Part shown: positions 30,488-41,278 of the stretch, piece after piece
How positions within the stretch are numbered: the stretch's first letter is position 1
Layout: each line of letters starts with the position of its first letter
Source of the DNA: Alphaproteobacteria bacterium
Lineage (GTDB): Bacteria > Pseudomonadota > Alphaproteobacteria > M2410
Reading direction: 5' to 3'
Assembly: GCA_030614785.1 (NCBI GenBank)
Contig: JAUWTJ010000004.1
Span: 1,609-65,608 of the forward strand
Length of the DNA: 64,000 nt
Program-made: the position numbers and the translations under genes
Notes under the pieces: generated by a model
What the model was told of the DNA's origin: nothing
What the model saw: the letters and a program-made list of their open reading frames with translations, nothing else
Databases searched by the model: none

Positions 30488-32107
30488 ATGATTTCCTCAT
30501 TTCGCCACCTCTTTCGCCTGACCCGCACCGTCTTTGTGCTGGCGCGCTACGACATGCTGTTGCCGCGCGAATTGCTTGATGAACTGCCCGCCGGGACACG
30601 GCGCGGCACGCGCGTGCTTGGGCGGATTGCCCGACTGACGGCCGGGCGCAAGCGCGCAAGCCTCGAGCTTGAAGTGCGGGTTTCCTCGGCGCTCAAAATG
30701 CTGGGACCGGCCTATATCAAGCTCGGGCAGGTGATGGCGACCCGAGGCGACATTGTCGGACCGCACCTTGCCAGGGCGCTTGGTGTCTTGCAGGATCGTC
30801 TGGCGCCTTTTCCAAAGGCCGACGCAGAAGCGATCATCGAGCGCCAGCTCAAGAAGCCGGTCGGCGAGCTGTTTTCGTCCTTCAGTAGCGCGGTTGCGGC
30901 GGCATCGGTCGCGCAGGTGCACCGCGCCGAAATTACCGAGGATGGCGAGACGCGCGTGGTGGCGGTCAAGGTTTTGCGGCCCGGCATCGAGGCGCTTTTT
31001 CAGCGTGATCTGGATGCTTTTGCCTTTGCGGCGAAGTGGGCCTACCGGCTATTCCCAAAAGTGCGCCGGCTTGAGCCAGAGAAATTCATCGAGGTCGTGG
31101 CAAAGTCGATGCGCGAGGAAATGGATCTGCGTACCGAAGCGGCGGCCTGCTCGGAGCTGCGCGAAAACAATGCGGGCCGCGAGGATTTCGTGGTCCCGGA
31201 GATCGACTGGGAACGCACCACGCGCGGCGTCCTGACCACCTCATGGGTCAGCGGCACCCCGCTCGGCAATGTGATGGAGCTTGAGGCAGAGGGCTTTGAT
31301 CTTGAGGCTCTGGGCACCCTGGTGGTGCAGAGTTTTATGACCCAGGCCTTGATGGACGGCTATTTCCATGCCGACATGCACCCGGGCAATCTGTTTGCTT
31401 TCACGCTGTCAAAAGAGGACGAGCCTTTTCGCGCCGGCCTTGCCGCTGTTGACTTTGGCATTATGGGCCGTCTCGACGAGGCGACGCGCAATTATCTGGC
31501 TGATATTCTGATGGGCTTTCTCATCGGCGACTATGACGGCATCAGCCAGGCCCATATCGACGCCGGCTATGTGCCGCGCGGCGTGCCGATGAAAGATTTT
31601 GCCGTTGCGCTCAGAGCCATCGGCGAGCCGTTGCTCGGGCGCACCGCCGACCAGATTCCCATGGCGCGACTGTTGCAACAACTCCTTCTGACAACGGAGC
31701 GTTTTGATATGCACATGCAGCCGCAGCTGGTGCTGTTGCAAAAGACCATGGTTGTGGTCGAGGGTGTCGCGCGCGATCTGTCGCCAGGGTATAATATGTG
31801 GGAGACGGCCCGTCCCGTGGTCGAGGCCTTCATGAAAGAGCGCCGCGGCCCCGAAGCGCTGATCCGCGAAGTGGCGGGCGGCGCGCAGTCCCTCCTCACC
31901 ACGCTGCGGCGGGCGCCGGAACTTCTTGCCGAAGGGGCGCGGCAGCTGGAAGCGCTCGGCGAGTTAACCGATGAGGGCCTCAGGCTCCACCCCGAAACGC
32001 TCAAAGCCATGGCCGAGGCCGAAGGGGTCCGGGCGCGTGTCACGCGGAAATACTGGCTTGCGGCAGGAAGTGTCGCGGCGCTGGCGCTTTTCCTCTATAT
32101 TGGCTGA
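30488..32107 (+). CDS. ubiB: ubiquinone biosynthesis regulatory kinase-like protein UbiB (ABC1 family)
   Basis: ABC1 kinase-like motifs, C-terminal TM; immediately after ubiE. Confidence 0.9.
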   Translation: MISSFRHLFRLTRTVFVLARYDMLLPRELLDELPAGTRRGTRVLGRIARLTAGRKRASLELEVRVSSALKMLGPAYIKLGQVMATRGDIVGPHLARALGVLQDRLAPFPKADAEAIIERQLKKPVGELFSSFSSAVAAASVAQVHRAEITEDGETRVVAVKVLRPGIEALFQRDLDAFAFAAKWAYRLFPKVRRLEPEKFIEVVAKSMREEMDLRTEAAACSELRENNAGREDFVVPEIDWERTTRGVLTTSWVSGTPLGNVMELEAEGFDLEALGTLVVQSFMTQALMDGYFHADMHPGNLFAFTLSKEDEPFRAGLAAVDFGIMGRLDEATRNYLADILMGFLIGDYDGISQAHIDAGYVPRGVPMKDFAVALRAIGEPLLGRTADQIPMARLLQQLLLTTERFDMHMQPQLVLLQKTMVVVEGVARDLSPGYNMWETARPVVEAFMKERRGPEALIREVAGGAQSLLTTLRRAPELLAEGARQLEALGELTDEGLRLHPETLKAMAEAEGVRARVTRKYWLAAGSVAALALFLYIG

Positions 32108-32245
32108 AGAATTCTGCCGACAGCGTGTCAGAACGAGAATTTGCACACATTGCCTGGCGACAAAGGATCTGATTCACACTATATTCGCGTGAATAGAGTT
32201 TGAAACGCGCAGAATTGCTTGATTTTCTGACCTCAGGAGCGACTT

Positions 32246-33454
32246 TTGACACTTCAGAACAAGAATATTCTCCTTGTTATCGGCGGCGGGATTGCGGCCT
32301 ACAAGTGCCTTGACCTCATCAGGCGGCTGCGCGAGAGGGGCGCTGGCGTGCGGGTTATCATGACCGCAGCGGCGGGCGAGTTCGTCACCCCGCTTTCGGT
32401 TTCCGCGCTGACCGGCGAGCCCGCGTTCAGCGACCTTTTCAATCTCACCGACGAGGCGCGGATCGGGCATATCGAACTGGCCCGCGCCGCCGACCTTGTC
32501 ATCGTCGCCCCGGCGACCGCCGACCTGATGGCGAAAGTTGCAAATGGCCTGGCCGGGGACCTCGCAACCACCGCGCTGCTGGCAACCACAGCGCCGGTCC
32601 TCATCGCGCCGGCGATGAACGTGCGCATGTGGGAAGCGGTGACGACACAAAGAAATCTTGCGCAACTGGGCCAGGACGGGAAGATCCTTGTGGGGCCTAA
32701 TTCCGGCGACATGGCCTGCGGAGAGTTTGGTCCGGGCCGGATGTCAGAGCCGATGGAAATTATTGCCGCGGCAGAAGACATTCTGGCGCCCAAGGAAACG
32801 CCGCTCGCGGGCCACAAGGTTCTGGTGACCGCCGGGCCGACCCATGAGCCGGTTGATCCGGTGCGCTATCTGGCCAATCGATCCTCGGGCAAACAAGGTT
32901 ATGCCATTGCGTCCGCCTGTGCGGCACTTGGCGCGGAGACGGTTCTGGTTTCGGGTCCGACCAACCTTGGCGACCCGAAGGGCCTTAAAACTGTCCGTGT
33001 GGAGACTGCCGTGGAAATGCTGGCGGCGTGTGAGACAGAGCTTCCTGCCGACATCGCAATTTGCGCCGCAGCGGTCGCCGACTGGCGGGTTGACGGGCTG
33101 GCCAATCAGAAGATCAAGAAGAAAAACGGCGGTGTTCCGGGCCTCAAACTCATTGAAAACCCGGATATCTGCAAGACGATCTCCCATCATGCCAAACGCC
33201 CGGCCCTCGTGGTTGGCTTTGCTGCCGAGACGGAAAACCTGATCGACTACGCCAAAGCCAAGCGCGCCAAAAAGGGCTGCGACTGGATTATTGCCAATGA
33301 CGTATCGCCGGAGACCGGCATCATGGGCGGCGATAATAACTCGGTTTATGTCATTACCCCGGACAGCGAGGAGACCTGGCCGTCGATGGCAAAGAGCGCC
33401 GTTGCCGGGCAACTGGCCCAAAAGATCGCCGAGCACTTTAAGGGCATGCAATGA
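32246..33454 (+). CDS. coaBC: bifunctional phosphopantothenoylcysteine decarboxylase/synthetase
   Basis: N-terminal flavoprotein domain and C-terminal CoaB domain, 402 aa. Confidence 0.9.
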   Translation: MTLQNKNILLVIGGGIAAYKCLDLIRRLRERGAGVRVIMTAAAGEFVTPLSVSALTGEPAFSDLFNLTDEARIGHIELARAADLVIVAPATADLMAKVANGLAGDLATTALLATTAPVLIAPAMNVRMWEAVTTQRNLAQLGQDGKILVGPNSGDMACGEFGPGRMSEPMEIIAAAEDILAPKETPLAGHKVLVTAGPTHEPVDPVRYLANRSSGKQGYAIASACAALGAETVLVSGPTNLGDPKGLKTVRVETAVEMLAACETELPADIAICAAAVADWRVDGLANQKIKKKNGGVPGLKLIENPDICKTISHHAKRPALVVGFAAETENLIDYAKAKRAKKGCDWIIANDVSPETGIMGGDNNSVYVITPDSEETWPSMAKSAVAGQLAQKIAEHFKGMQ

Positions 33455-33921
33455 CGAAGACGCTGCGGATTGAATGCACACAGTTGCCGCACGGAGAAGG
33501 CATGCCCCTGCCTGCCTATGAAACCTCGGGTGCGGCAGGCATGGATCTGATGGCGGCAACGCCTCAAGGCGAGGACATTGTGCTTGCGCCGGGCGAGCGC
33601 CGCCTGATCCCGACCGGGCTTTCGATTGCGGTGCCTGAAGGCTATGAGGCGCAGATCCGTCCGCGGTCGGGCCTGGCGCTGCGCCACGGGATCTCGATCG
33701 TCAATGCACCGGGTACGGTGGATTCAGATTATCGCGGTGAGGTCAGTATCCTCCTGATCAATCTCGGACAGGCCCCTTTCACCATAAGGCGCGGCGAACG
33801 AGTGGGTCAGATGGTTATCTCGGCATTTGTGCAGGCCGAATGGCAAGTCGTCACTTCGCTTGATGAGACGGCGCGCGGCGCGGGCGGCTATGGCTCCACT
33901 GGAACCGGGGGCGCAGACTGA
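33451..33921 (+). CDS. dut: dUTP diphosphatase
   Basis: AAGMDL ... RSGLA ... dUTPase motifs; ATGA overlap with coaBC. Confidence 0.9.
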   Translation: MTKTLRIECTQLPHGEGMPLPAYETSGAAGMDLMAATPQGEDIVLAPGERRLIPTGLSIAVPEGYEAQIRPRSGLALRHGISIVNAPGTVDSDYRGEVSILLINLGQAPFTIRRGERVGQMVISAFVQAEWQVVTSLDETARGAGGYGSTGTGGAD

Positions 33922-33922
33922 T

Positions 33923-34375
33923 ATGTTCACGCTGTCCCGCAAAATGCAGCTGGCGCTTGAGGCCGTTGTCGACGTGGCCTTCAACGCGCGGCCTGACCCG
34001 GTGCAGTCCAAGGATATCACGAGGCGGCAGGGCATTCCCCAGCGCTATCTTGAGCAGGTGATGCAGCGGCTGGTGCGCGAGGGCATTCTGAAGGGCGTGC
34101 GAGGCCCCCGGGGCGGCTATCGGCTGGCCCGCGAGCGGCGGCGTATTTCTGTCGGCGAGATCCTCGCGGTCGTGAGCCAGATTGAACAGGCTGAGGAAGA
34201 GGCAGGCCCACGCCCCTCGGAGCTTGCGTCGGAAGTCGTCCGCCCTCTGATGGCAAAAATGAACGAGCAGTTTATGACAGAGCTTGAAAAAGTGACCCTT
34301 GAGGACCTGTGCCACGAGGCCCGTGAAAAAGGTATAGAACCCGAAAGCTCGATCCGTATGGATTTCAACATCTAG
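33923..34375 (+). CDS. Rrf2-family transcriptional regulator lacking the Cys cluster (CymR-like)
   Basis: N-terminal wHTH LSRKMQLALEAVVDVA...KDITRRQGIPQRYLEQVMQRLVREGIL; only one Cys, so not an Fe-S IscR/NsrR type; starts 2 nt after the dut stop. Confidence 0.65.
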   Translation: MFTLSRKMQLALEAVVDVAFNARPDPVQSKDITRRQGIPQRYLEQVMQRLVREGILKGVRGPRGGYRLARERRRISVGEILAVVSQIEQAEEEAGPRPSELASEVVRPLMAKMNEQFMTELEKVTLEDLCHEAREKGIEPESSIRMDFNI

Positions 34376-34390
34376 AAAGGACTTCCGCCC

Positions 34391-35353
34391 ATGTCTGACA
34401 GCACAAGAAAACCCGGTCGCGGCCGTATCTTCAACTCGATCACCGACACCATGGGCGACACGCCGCTCGTGCGACTGAACAGGATGGCGAAGGATGCAGG
34501 CGCCAGGGCCGACATCCTGCTGAAGCTTGAGTTTTTCAATCCGCTGGCCAGCGTCAAGGACCGGATCGGCGTTTCGATGATCGAGGCGCTGGAACGCGAA
34601 GGACGCATCACCAAGGACACCGTGTTGATCGAACCGACCTCCGGCAACACCGGGATCGCGCTGGCGTTCGTTGCCGCCGCCAAAGGCTACAAGCTCATTC
34701 TGGTGATGCCCGAAAGCATGTCGATTGAACGGCGCAAGATGCTGCTCATTCTTGGCGCCAAACTTGAGCTCACCCCGGCAGAGCTGGGTATGAAGGGCGC
34801 GCTGGCCAAAGCCAGTGAACTGGTCGAACAACACCCCAATGCGGTGATGCCGCAGCAGTTTGAGAACCCCTCCAACCCGGAGATCCACCGCACGACAACG
34901 GCGCTTGAAATCTGGAACGATACGGACGGCAAGGTCGATGCGGTCATCGCAGGGGTCGGCACAGGCGGCACGCTCACCGGTGTTGGCCAGGTGCTGCACG
35001 AGAAAAAGCCCGGCTTTAAAATGATTGCCGTGGAGCCTGAAGACAGCCCGGTGATCTCCGGCGGCCAGCCCGGCCCGCACAAGATTCAGGGCATCGGCGC
35101 CGGTTTTATCCCGGAAAACCTCGATCGCGCCCAAGTCGACGAGGTCGTTACCATCGGCACCGAGACCGCCTTTGCCACGGCGCGCCGCATGGCCGCCGAG
35201 GAAGGCATCCCGGTCGGGATCTCATCGGGGGCGGCGGTTGCCGCTGCGCTTGAAGTCGCCGCGCGCGACGACATGGCAGGCAAGACTATCGTCGTCATCA
35301 TCCCGTCCTTCGCCGAGCGCTATCTTTCAACCGCACTCTTCGAAGGGCTCTAG
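34391..35353 (+). CDS. cysK: cysteine synthase A (O-acetylserine sulfhydrylase)
   Basis: PLP lysine region [25 protein letters not shown] motifs. Confidence 0.9.
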   Translation: MSDSTRKPGRGRIFNSITDTMGDTPLVRLNRMAKDAGARADILLKLEFFNPLASVKDRIGVSMIEALEREGRITKDTVLIEPTSGNTGIALAFVAAAKGYKLILVMPESMSIERRKMLLILGAKLELTPAELGMKGALAKASELVEQHPNAVMPQQFENPSNPEIHRTTTALEIWNDTDGKVDAVIAGVGTGGTLTGVGQVLHEKKPGFKMIAVEPEDSPVISGGQPGPHKIQGIGAGFIPENLDRAQVDEVVTIGTETAFATARRMAAEEGIPVGISSGAAVAAALEVAARDDMAGKTIVVIIPSFAERYLSTALFEGL

Positions 35354-35368
35354 GTCCGGGCTGACATA

Positions 35369-36151
35369 ATGACACTGACCGACGATCAACTGGACCGCTA
35401 CGCGCGCCACATCATCCTGCATGATGTTGGCGGCGCGGGTCAGGCAAGGCTGATGGCGGCGCGAGTGCTGGTTGTCGGTGTCGGCGGTCTCGGCGCGCCG
35501 GTGCTGATGTATCTGGCAGCCGCCGGTGTCGGTGCCAGAACAGATCGTGGAAAAGGCGCGCTCGGCTTTGTCGACTTTGACTCAGTCGATCTGTCCAATC
35601 TTCAACGCCAGATCATTCATACCACGGACAGTGTTGGTTTGCGCAAGACGCAGAGTGCTGCGCAGATGATCCGCGCGCTTAATCCGGATATCACTCTGGA
35701 GGTGCATGACATGAAACTCACGGCTGAAAACGCCGCCGAGATCATCAGCGCCTATGACATTGTGGCGGACGGCACCGACAGCTTTGAGACCCGCTTCATC
35801 GTCAATCGTGCTTGCGTGGAAACCGCAACACCTTTGGTCTCCGCCGCCGTCGGGCAGTTCGATGGCCAGATCGCAACGTTCAAAGGCTACGACAAGGCCC
35901 TGCCCTGCTATCAATGCTTTGTCACTGAGGCCCCCCCTGCAGGCGCCGCGCCGAGCTGCGCCGAAGCCGGTGTCCTTGGCGCCCTGACCGGTGTGCTCGG
36001 CTCCCTGCAAGCGCTTGAAATCATGAAGGAAATCATCGGGATCGGCGACAGCCTCGCGGGCCGCCTGATGATCTACGACGGCCTCGGGGCCGAGGTCCGC
36101 ACCGTGCGCCTGCCGAAAGATCCGGACTGCCCGGTGTGTGGGGGGTGTTGA
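35369..36151 (+). CDS. ThiF/MoeB-family E1-like adenylyltransferase
   Basis: YARHIIL...VLVVGVGGLGAP nucleotide-binding motif and CxxC pair; no rhodanese domain. Confidence 0.75.
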   Translation: MTLTDDQLDRYARHIILHDVGGAGQARLMAARVLVVGVGGLGAPVLMYLAAAGVGARTDRGKGALGFVDFDSVDLSNLQRQIIHTTDSVGLRKTQSAAQMIRALNPDITLEVHDMKLTAENAAEIISAYDIVADGTDSFETRFIVNRACVETATPLVSAAVGQFDGQIATFKGYDKALPCYQCFVTEAPPAGAAPSCAEAGVLGALTGVLGSLQALEIMKEIIGIGDSLAGRLMIYDGLGAEVRTVRLPKDPDCPVCGGC

Positions 36152-36435
36152 TGAAGAGCGGCGAAAGTGTTCAACGCCAGACCAATCGGCTCGCAGGAAT
36201 TTTCGTTGGATCTATCCCTGCAAGCTTCATCTTGTCTTTCGCCTTCATGTCGCCTGTTCCAATGCTGTTATATTTTTTTGCCACTTTCTACGTGATGCGA
36301 CAGCTGCTTGAGGTCACCTGCCCGAATTGCGGGAACAAGCCATTCGACAGGGGTTACAAGAGTACAATTTTCGGTCGACTGCAGCTACCCGGCAAATTGT
36401 GTGCCGATTGCGGGCAAGTCTTTTTTAAGAGATGA
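36136..36435 (+). CDS. small membrane protein with C-terminal zinc-ribbon (CPNCG...CADCG)
   Basis: 99-aa ORF, one or two TM helices, CxxC-x23-CxxC; weak call. Confidence 0.3.
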   Translation: MWGVLMKSGESVQRQTNRLAGIFVGSIPASFILSFAFMSPVPMLLYFFATFYVMRQLLEVTCPNCGNKPFDRGYKSTIFGRLQLPGKLCADCGQVFFKR

Positions 36436-36463
36436 TGATCACAAGCAATTCGAAACAACAATT

Positions 36464-36567
36464 GTCACCCCGTATGCAATGCGGTGCGAAGTACCGCTTT
36501 GCTGGTCCGGGATGACGGCAGAGTTGGTTTTGATAGAAATTCCCGCTAAAGCATCGCCGGGATGACG
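36464..36567. repeat. family-1 palindromic intergenic element, shorter copy 3
   Basis: GTCACCCCGTATGCAATGCGGTGCGAAGTACCGCTTTGCTGGTCCGGGATGACGG...GCATCGCCGGGATGACG. Confidence 0.55.
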
Positions 36568-37541
36568 CGGTCCGGGGGTTTGTGGCCGTCGACGAAGGTC
36601 TTGATGTTGATGATGACCTTTTCGCCCATGTCGATGCGGCCTTCCAGCGTACCCGATCCCATGTGCGGCAGGGCGACAACATTTTTCATGGCCAGCAATT
36701 TCGGATTGACCGCTGGTTCGTTTTCAAACACGTCAAGGCCCGCGCCCGCAATGGACCCATCGGCCAGCATGCGGGTGAGAGCGTTTTCATCGATCACTTC
36801 GCCGCGCGCTGTGTTGACGAGATAAGCATGGGGCTGCATCAGCTTGAGACGGCGCGCTGACAGAAGGTGGAACGTCGCCGGGGTATGCGGACAATTGACG
36901 CTGATAATATCCATGCGGGCCAGCATCTGATCGAGACTTTCCCAGTAGGTTGCCTCGAGCTCCTGCTCCATCGCCGGGGCGATGCGGGTGCGATTGTGAT
37001 AGTGGATCTGGATGCCAAAGGCTTTGGCTCGGCGGGCAACGGCCTGACCGATGCGGCCCATGCCAACAATGCCGAGGCGCTTGCCGCCAAGTCGGTGGCC
37101 CATCATCCAGGTCGGCGACCAGCCGACGAACTCGCCAGCCTTGAGTGCCTCGGCGCCTTCGATGATGCGGCGCGGCACAGCCAGGATGAGCGCCATGGTA
37201 AGATCAGCGGTATCTTCGGTGAGCACGCCGGGTGTGTTGGTTACGGTCATGCCGTGTTGCCAGGCGGTCTCGACATCGATGTTGTCGATCCCGGCGCCGA
37301 AATTGGCGATCAGTTTCAGATTTTCACCGGCGCGGGCAAGAATGCGCTTGTCAATCCGGTCGGTCACGGTTGGCACCAGCACATCGGCGCGCGCCACCGC
37401 GTCGGACAGCGCCTCCGGGCTCATGATCTTGTCCTCGATATTGAGCTCCGCATCGAAGAGCTCGCGCAGCCGGGTCTCGATCGGATCAGGCAATCGGCGC
37501 GTTACGATGACTTTCGGTTTTTTTGCTGTGTTATCGGTCAT
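36546..37541 (-). CDS. D-isomer-specific 2-hydroxyacid dehydrogenase (glyoxylate/hydroxypyruvate reductase-like)
   Basis: GIVGMGRIGQAVARRA NAD motif and catalytic R/E/H arrangement. Confidence 0.8.
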   Translation of the reverse strand: MTDNTAKKPKVIVTRRLPDPIETRLRELFDAELNIEDKIMSPEALSDAVARADVLVPTVTDRIDKRILARAGENLKLIANFGAGIDNIDVETAWQHGMTVTNTPGVLTEDTADLTMALILAVPRRIIEGAEALKAGEFVGWSPTWMMGHRLGGKRLGIVGMGRIGQAVARRAKAFGIQIHYHNRTRIAPAMEQELEATYWESLDQMLARMDIISVNCPHTPATFHLLSARRLKLMQPHAYLVNTARGEVIDENALTRMLADGSIAGAGLDVFENEPAVNPKLLAMKNVVALPHMGSGTLEGRIDMGEKVIINIKTFVDGHKPPDRVIPAML

Positions 37542-37779
37542 CTTCGGTCTTCACATCTCTCTGGGATCTTTGGGGGCTCTGGAAATGATTGCGCCCGGCG
37601 ATTGAAGGAAACGGATGCTGCCTCCTTCATGTATCAGACCTTTTGGCGCCCTAAAAGCCCCAGAGAGGGATTAAGATCTACTTTGCGCATGACAATCAGG
37701 TGACAACTCGCCTCTTGACCTCAAAGCCCCTGCCGATCCATGATCATAGTTCCTGACCAGCGCCTCCAGGGCCGGTTTT

Positions 37780-38418
37780 TTGCGCTTTATTTCAACGGGT
37801 TGGTTCGCAATGTCCTTTCCTTCGCTCCGATCTTTGCAGTTGTCTTTTTTCCGGTCGTTTTTCCCGGAGCTCCCCGTCCTTGCTACCTGTGTGGCAACAT
37901 GTGCCGTGGCTTGCCTGGCGGCCATGTTGGTTGTCGCCGCTCCGGCGCCGGTGCAGGCGCAGGCGCAGGGAGACGGTGTCGGGCCCACAACAGGGCGCGT
38001 AACCGGCCGTCCAACCCCGCGCTTTGTCAGCCTCAAGAGCGGGCAGGTCAACATGCGCCATGGTCCCGGCGAGAGCTATGCGATTGACTGGGTCTACCAG
38101 CGCCGTGGCATGCCCGTCGAAGTGATCGCCGAACACGACAACTGGCGCAAGGTCCGCGACCACGAGGGCACAGAAGGCTGGATCCATTTTCAACTGCTTG
38201 ACGGGCGCCGCATGGCGCTGGTCGAAGGTGGGCCGGTCTCGCTCTACCGCCGCCAGGATACGGCAACCCCGGGCGTTGCCGCCATCGCCGACCCGGGGGT
38301 TATCCTTCGGCTGCACAATTGTGGCCCCAAATGGTGCCGTGCCGAAGTGAGCGGCTACAAGGGCTGGATCACACGAGACAATTTGTGGGGGGTTTATCCC
38401 GACGAGGAATTTGGCTGA
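37780..38418 (+). CDS. bacterial SH3-like domain protein (signal/TM anchored)
   Basis: two SH3b-like segments (MRHGPGESYAIDWVY..., LYRRQDTATPGVAAIADPGVILRL...); start uncertain. Confidence 0.45.
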   Translation: MRFISTGWFAMSFPSLRSLQLSFFRSFFPELPVLATCVATCAVACLAAMLVVAAPAPVQAQAQGDGVGPTTGRVTGRPTPRFVSLKSGQVNMRHGPGESYAIDWVYQRRGMPVEVIAEHDNWRKVRDHEGTEGWIHFQLLDGRRMALVEGGPVSLYRRQDTATPGVAAIADPGVILRLHNCGPKWCRAEVSGYKGWITRDNLWGVYPDEEFG

Positions 38419-38477
38419 AGAATTTGGCTGAGGCAGCTTTCCGGATTGCCTGAATAATCGTTTGCAACAATCACCAC

Positions 38478-38594
38478 CCTCATCCTGAGGAGCATCGTCA
38501 GATGCGTCTCGAAGGAGGCGTGGCGGATATCCGGGCCGTTCATCCTTCGAGACGATTTCCCAAAAACCGTTTGGGAAATCCCTCAGGATGAGGA
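38478..38594. repeat. family-2 palindromic intergenic element, copy 3
   Basis: CCTCATCCTGAGGAGC...GTCTCGAAGGAGGC...CCTTCGAGACG...inner palindrome GATTTCCCAAAAACCGTTTGGGAAATC...CCTCAGGATGAGG. Confidence 0.6.
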
Positions 38595-38635
38595 ATGCAT
38601 ATAATTGCGTTTTTCAATCCGAAGACTGGCTGAGG

Positions 38636-39223
38636 CTATAAATCCTTCGCCAGCTCCAACCGCGAAGCTGCTGACAGAACCGACATGTGAGCGTAGTTGG
38701 CGTGGTCGCAGCCGATGAGCGCCTGGGGCGCCGCGCTGGCAAACCCGGCGACCGCCGTTTCATCAAGATCAAAATGCAGGAAATGCACGGCAGAGGTCTT
38801 GCCGTCCGCCGTTGTGCGTTCGACATCCTGTTCCGGGCGAGCGTAAGCCTTGACGTCGTCGACCTGAATATAGAGATGCTCCTCGACACCGCCGAGACTG
38901 CGCAGAACCTTGGCGCGGCGGTCCGGGTCATCGATCTCAAACATCAGTGTAGCAACAAGTTCACCGCCTTTGGGGACAAGGGGATTGTAGGCGGCGAGCT
39001 CATCGGCAATTTGCGCCGCACCGCCCTTCTCGACCAGCAGCATTTCGTGCACCTGAAGCCACATGGTGTCCCACGATTCAAAATAAAGCGTCGCCCAAGG
39101 GCCCAACGCAATACGGCGCAACTGCTTCACGGGCAAGAGTGCGCGGCGCTTGTCATCGCGCAGCGCCGCAAACTTGTCCATGGCGATAATGTCGTCCGGG
39201 GTGAGATCTCTTTTTGCCGTCAT
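38636..39223 (-). CDS. DUF3501-family protein
   Basis: 195-aa ORF with the family-typical composition; characteristic partner of CCG-domain Fe-S proteins. Confidence 0.55.
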   Translation of the reverse strand: MTAKRDLTPDDIIAMDKFAALRDDKRRALLPVKQLRRIALGPWATLYFESWDTMWLQVHEMLLVEKGGAAQIADELAAYNPLVPKGGELVATLMFEIDDPDRRAKVLRSLGGVEEHLYIQVDDVKAYARPEQDVERTTADGKTSAVHFLHFDLDETAVAGFASAAPQALIGCDHANYAHMSVLSAASRLELAKDL

Positions 39224-39238
39224 TTTTACGCCTCTACT

Positions 39239-40582
39239 CTAGTCAATGAGACCGTAGGATTTGGCCATCAGTTCAATCGGATGGAAGGGGCCTTGCGGCA
39301 GGGTTTGCGCCTCGCCCATATACAGGGCGCCCTGGAGCAGATGTTTGGCGGCCAGCGGGCATTCGGATGCCACGAAGGCCTTGCCCTGACGCACCATGGT
39401 TCGCATGGCAGTCTTGCCAACGGCCATGGCCGCGTCATGGGTCTCGGCCATAACCCCGAAGGTGCCGCCGTGACCGGAACAGCGCTCGATGTGCTCGACT
39501 TCTGTTTCGGGAATATACTTCATCAGCTGCAGGGCCTTGGCGCCCATGTTTTGAGCCCGGGCATGGCAGGCAGCATGAACCGTGATGCCGCCCTCGAGCG
39601 GCTTCATGCCGCCGATCAGCCCTTCGGTTTTGGCAATGTCGACAAGATATTCGGTAATATCGACGGTTGCCTTTGAAAGGGCGATGACATCTTCATTGTC
39701 GGGCAGGATCAGCGGCCATTCAAATTTGAACATCAGGCCGCACGAGGCTGTGAGGGTGAGGATTGGCAAGCCCTGGTCGACCAGCGGGCGCAAGCCACGG
39801 GCCACCTTGATGGCCTGTTTGGCGACCTGCTCGAGATCGCCTTGCTCGAGGTATGGCATGCCGCAGCAGGCAGAATAATCCACCCGGGTCTCGACCCCGT
39901 TGTGAGCAAGAAGCTTGCGGGTCGCAAGGCCCATATCCGGATTATTGCTGTTCACATAGCAGGTCGCATAGATCACCGCCTTGCGGCCAAAGGCCGGGGC
40001 CTGCGCGTTCGGGGTGAGGGGGTCCCGGGCGGCCTGGCTCTTGAAGCTCCTGCGGGCAAACTTTGGCAGCCCGGCTCGCGCATCAATGCCCGCGAGTTTT
40101 TCCATGAGGCGGCGGATCAATGTACTACCGCGCTTTGTCATCCAGTTCACGAGCGGTGCAAAAGGCCTCGCCAGGGCAGCATTGCGGTCCATGCGGCCCA
40201 GTTGATCGGGCACAAATTTCTTGCCCCCGTGGCGCCGCTCGGCAGCCCGGTAGCGCAACATCAGATGCGGAAAATCAAGATCAAATTCATGCGGCGGCAC
40301 GTAGGGGCACTTGGTCATGAAACACATGTCACAGAGCGTGCAGGCATCAGCCACCTGGGCAAAGCCCGACGACGCAACACTGTCGAGTTCACCGGTCTCC
40401 GATTCGTCGATCATATCGAACAGGCGCGGAAAACTCTCACACAGATTGAAGCAGCGGCGACAGCCGTGACAGATGTCAAAGACCCGGTGCATTTCGGCTT
40501 CGATGGCCCCGGCATCATACCAGCTCTCGTCCTGCCAATCGATTGTGTGGCGGGTCGGTGCTTCGAGGGAGCCTTCTTGCAT
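39239..40582 (-). CDS. CCG-domain (Fe-S)-binding oxidoreductase, HdrD/GlpC-like
   Basis: two ferredoxin-like Cys clusters (CHGCRRCFNLC, CTLCDMCFMTKCP) plus two Cys-rich CCG-type domains. Confidence 0.7.
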   Translation of the reverse strand: MQEGSLEAPTRHTIDWQDESWYDAGAIEAEMHRVFDICHGCRRCFNLCESFPRLFDMIDESETGELDSVASSGFAQVADACTLCDMCFMTKCPYVPPHEFDLDFPHLMLRYRAAERRHGGKKFVPDQLGRMDRNAALARPFAPLVNWMTKRGSTLIRRLMEKLAGIDARAGLPKFARRSFKSQAARDPLTPNAQAPAFGRKAVIYATCYVNSNNPDMGLATRKLLAHNGVETRVDYSACCGMPYLEQGDLEQVAKQAIKVARGLRPLVDQGLPILTLTASCGLMFKFEWPLILPDNEDVIALSKATVDITEYLVDIAKTEGLIGGMKPLEGGITVHAACHARAQNMGAKALQLMKYIPETEVEHIERCSGHGGTFGVMAETHDAAMAVGKTAMRTMVRQGKAFVASECPLAAKHLLQGALYMGEAQTLPQGPFHPIELMAKSYGLID

Positions 40583-40671
40583 GGGAAGCCCTGACTGATT
40601 TGGAGACGGAATCGTTTCGAAAATGAAACGGGGCCACAGATATTTTCTGCGACCCCGCTTATCAACCTACT

Positions 40672-41091
40672 CTAACCGTCGAGCGTGTCGAGGGCTCTCT
40701 GGAAACGGCCGGCGTGAGACTTTTCAGCCTTGGCGAGGGTTTCAAACCAGTCGGCGATTTCATCGAAGCCTTCGTCGCGTGCGGTGCGCGCCATGCCCGG
40801 ATACATATCGGTGTACTCATGGGTTTCACCGACAATCGCAGCCTTGAGATTGGCAGCGGTCGGGCCGATGGGCTCACCGGTTGCCGGATCACCAACAGCT
40901 TCCATGAATTCAAGGTGGCCGTGGGCATGGCCGGTTTCACCTTCTGCGGTGGACCGAAAAACGGCAGCGACGTCATTGTAGCCTTCGATGTCGGCCTTTT
41001 GCGCGAAGTAGAGATAGCGACGATTGGCCTGGCTTTCACCGGCAAAAGCGGCTTTCAGATTATCGAGGGTCTTGCTGTCTGCAAGCGACAT
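40672..41091 (-). CDS. rubrerythrin-family diiron protein (no rubredoxin domain)
   Basis: paired ExxH diiron ligands (ESQANRRY / [12 protein letters not shown] / ETHEY) in a ferritin-like four-helix layout. Confidence 0.8.
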   Translation of the reverse strand: MSLADSKTLDNLKAAFAGESQANRRYLYFAQKADIEGYNDVAAVFRSTAEGETGHAHGHLEFMEAVGDPATGEPIGPTAANLKAAIVGETHEYTDMYPGMARTARDEGFDEIADWFETLAKAEKSHAGRFQRALDTLDG

Positions 41092-41278
41092 GGGTGTTCC
41101 TCCTGATGATGTTCGAACGGGATGCGGGGACGCGGCCCGGTGACGGGTACGATTGAAAGGCGCATGGGCGGATTGAACACGCGCCGGTCGGGGCTGTCAA
41201 TATCTTTTGGATCCATTCCAGAGAGCGTAACAGCTCATTGGAATCGAACAGTTTTCAAGACCATCTTTTGCTGCCGGA

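Noticed and set aside
35369-36435. CysO/ThiS-type sulfur-carrier system (E1 enzyme plus a small GG-terminal carrier) next to cysK.
   Set aside because: The 99-aa ORF after the E1-like gene is a TM/zinc-ribbon protein that does not end in Gly-Gly. No small ubiquitin-like ORF is present.
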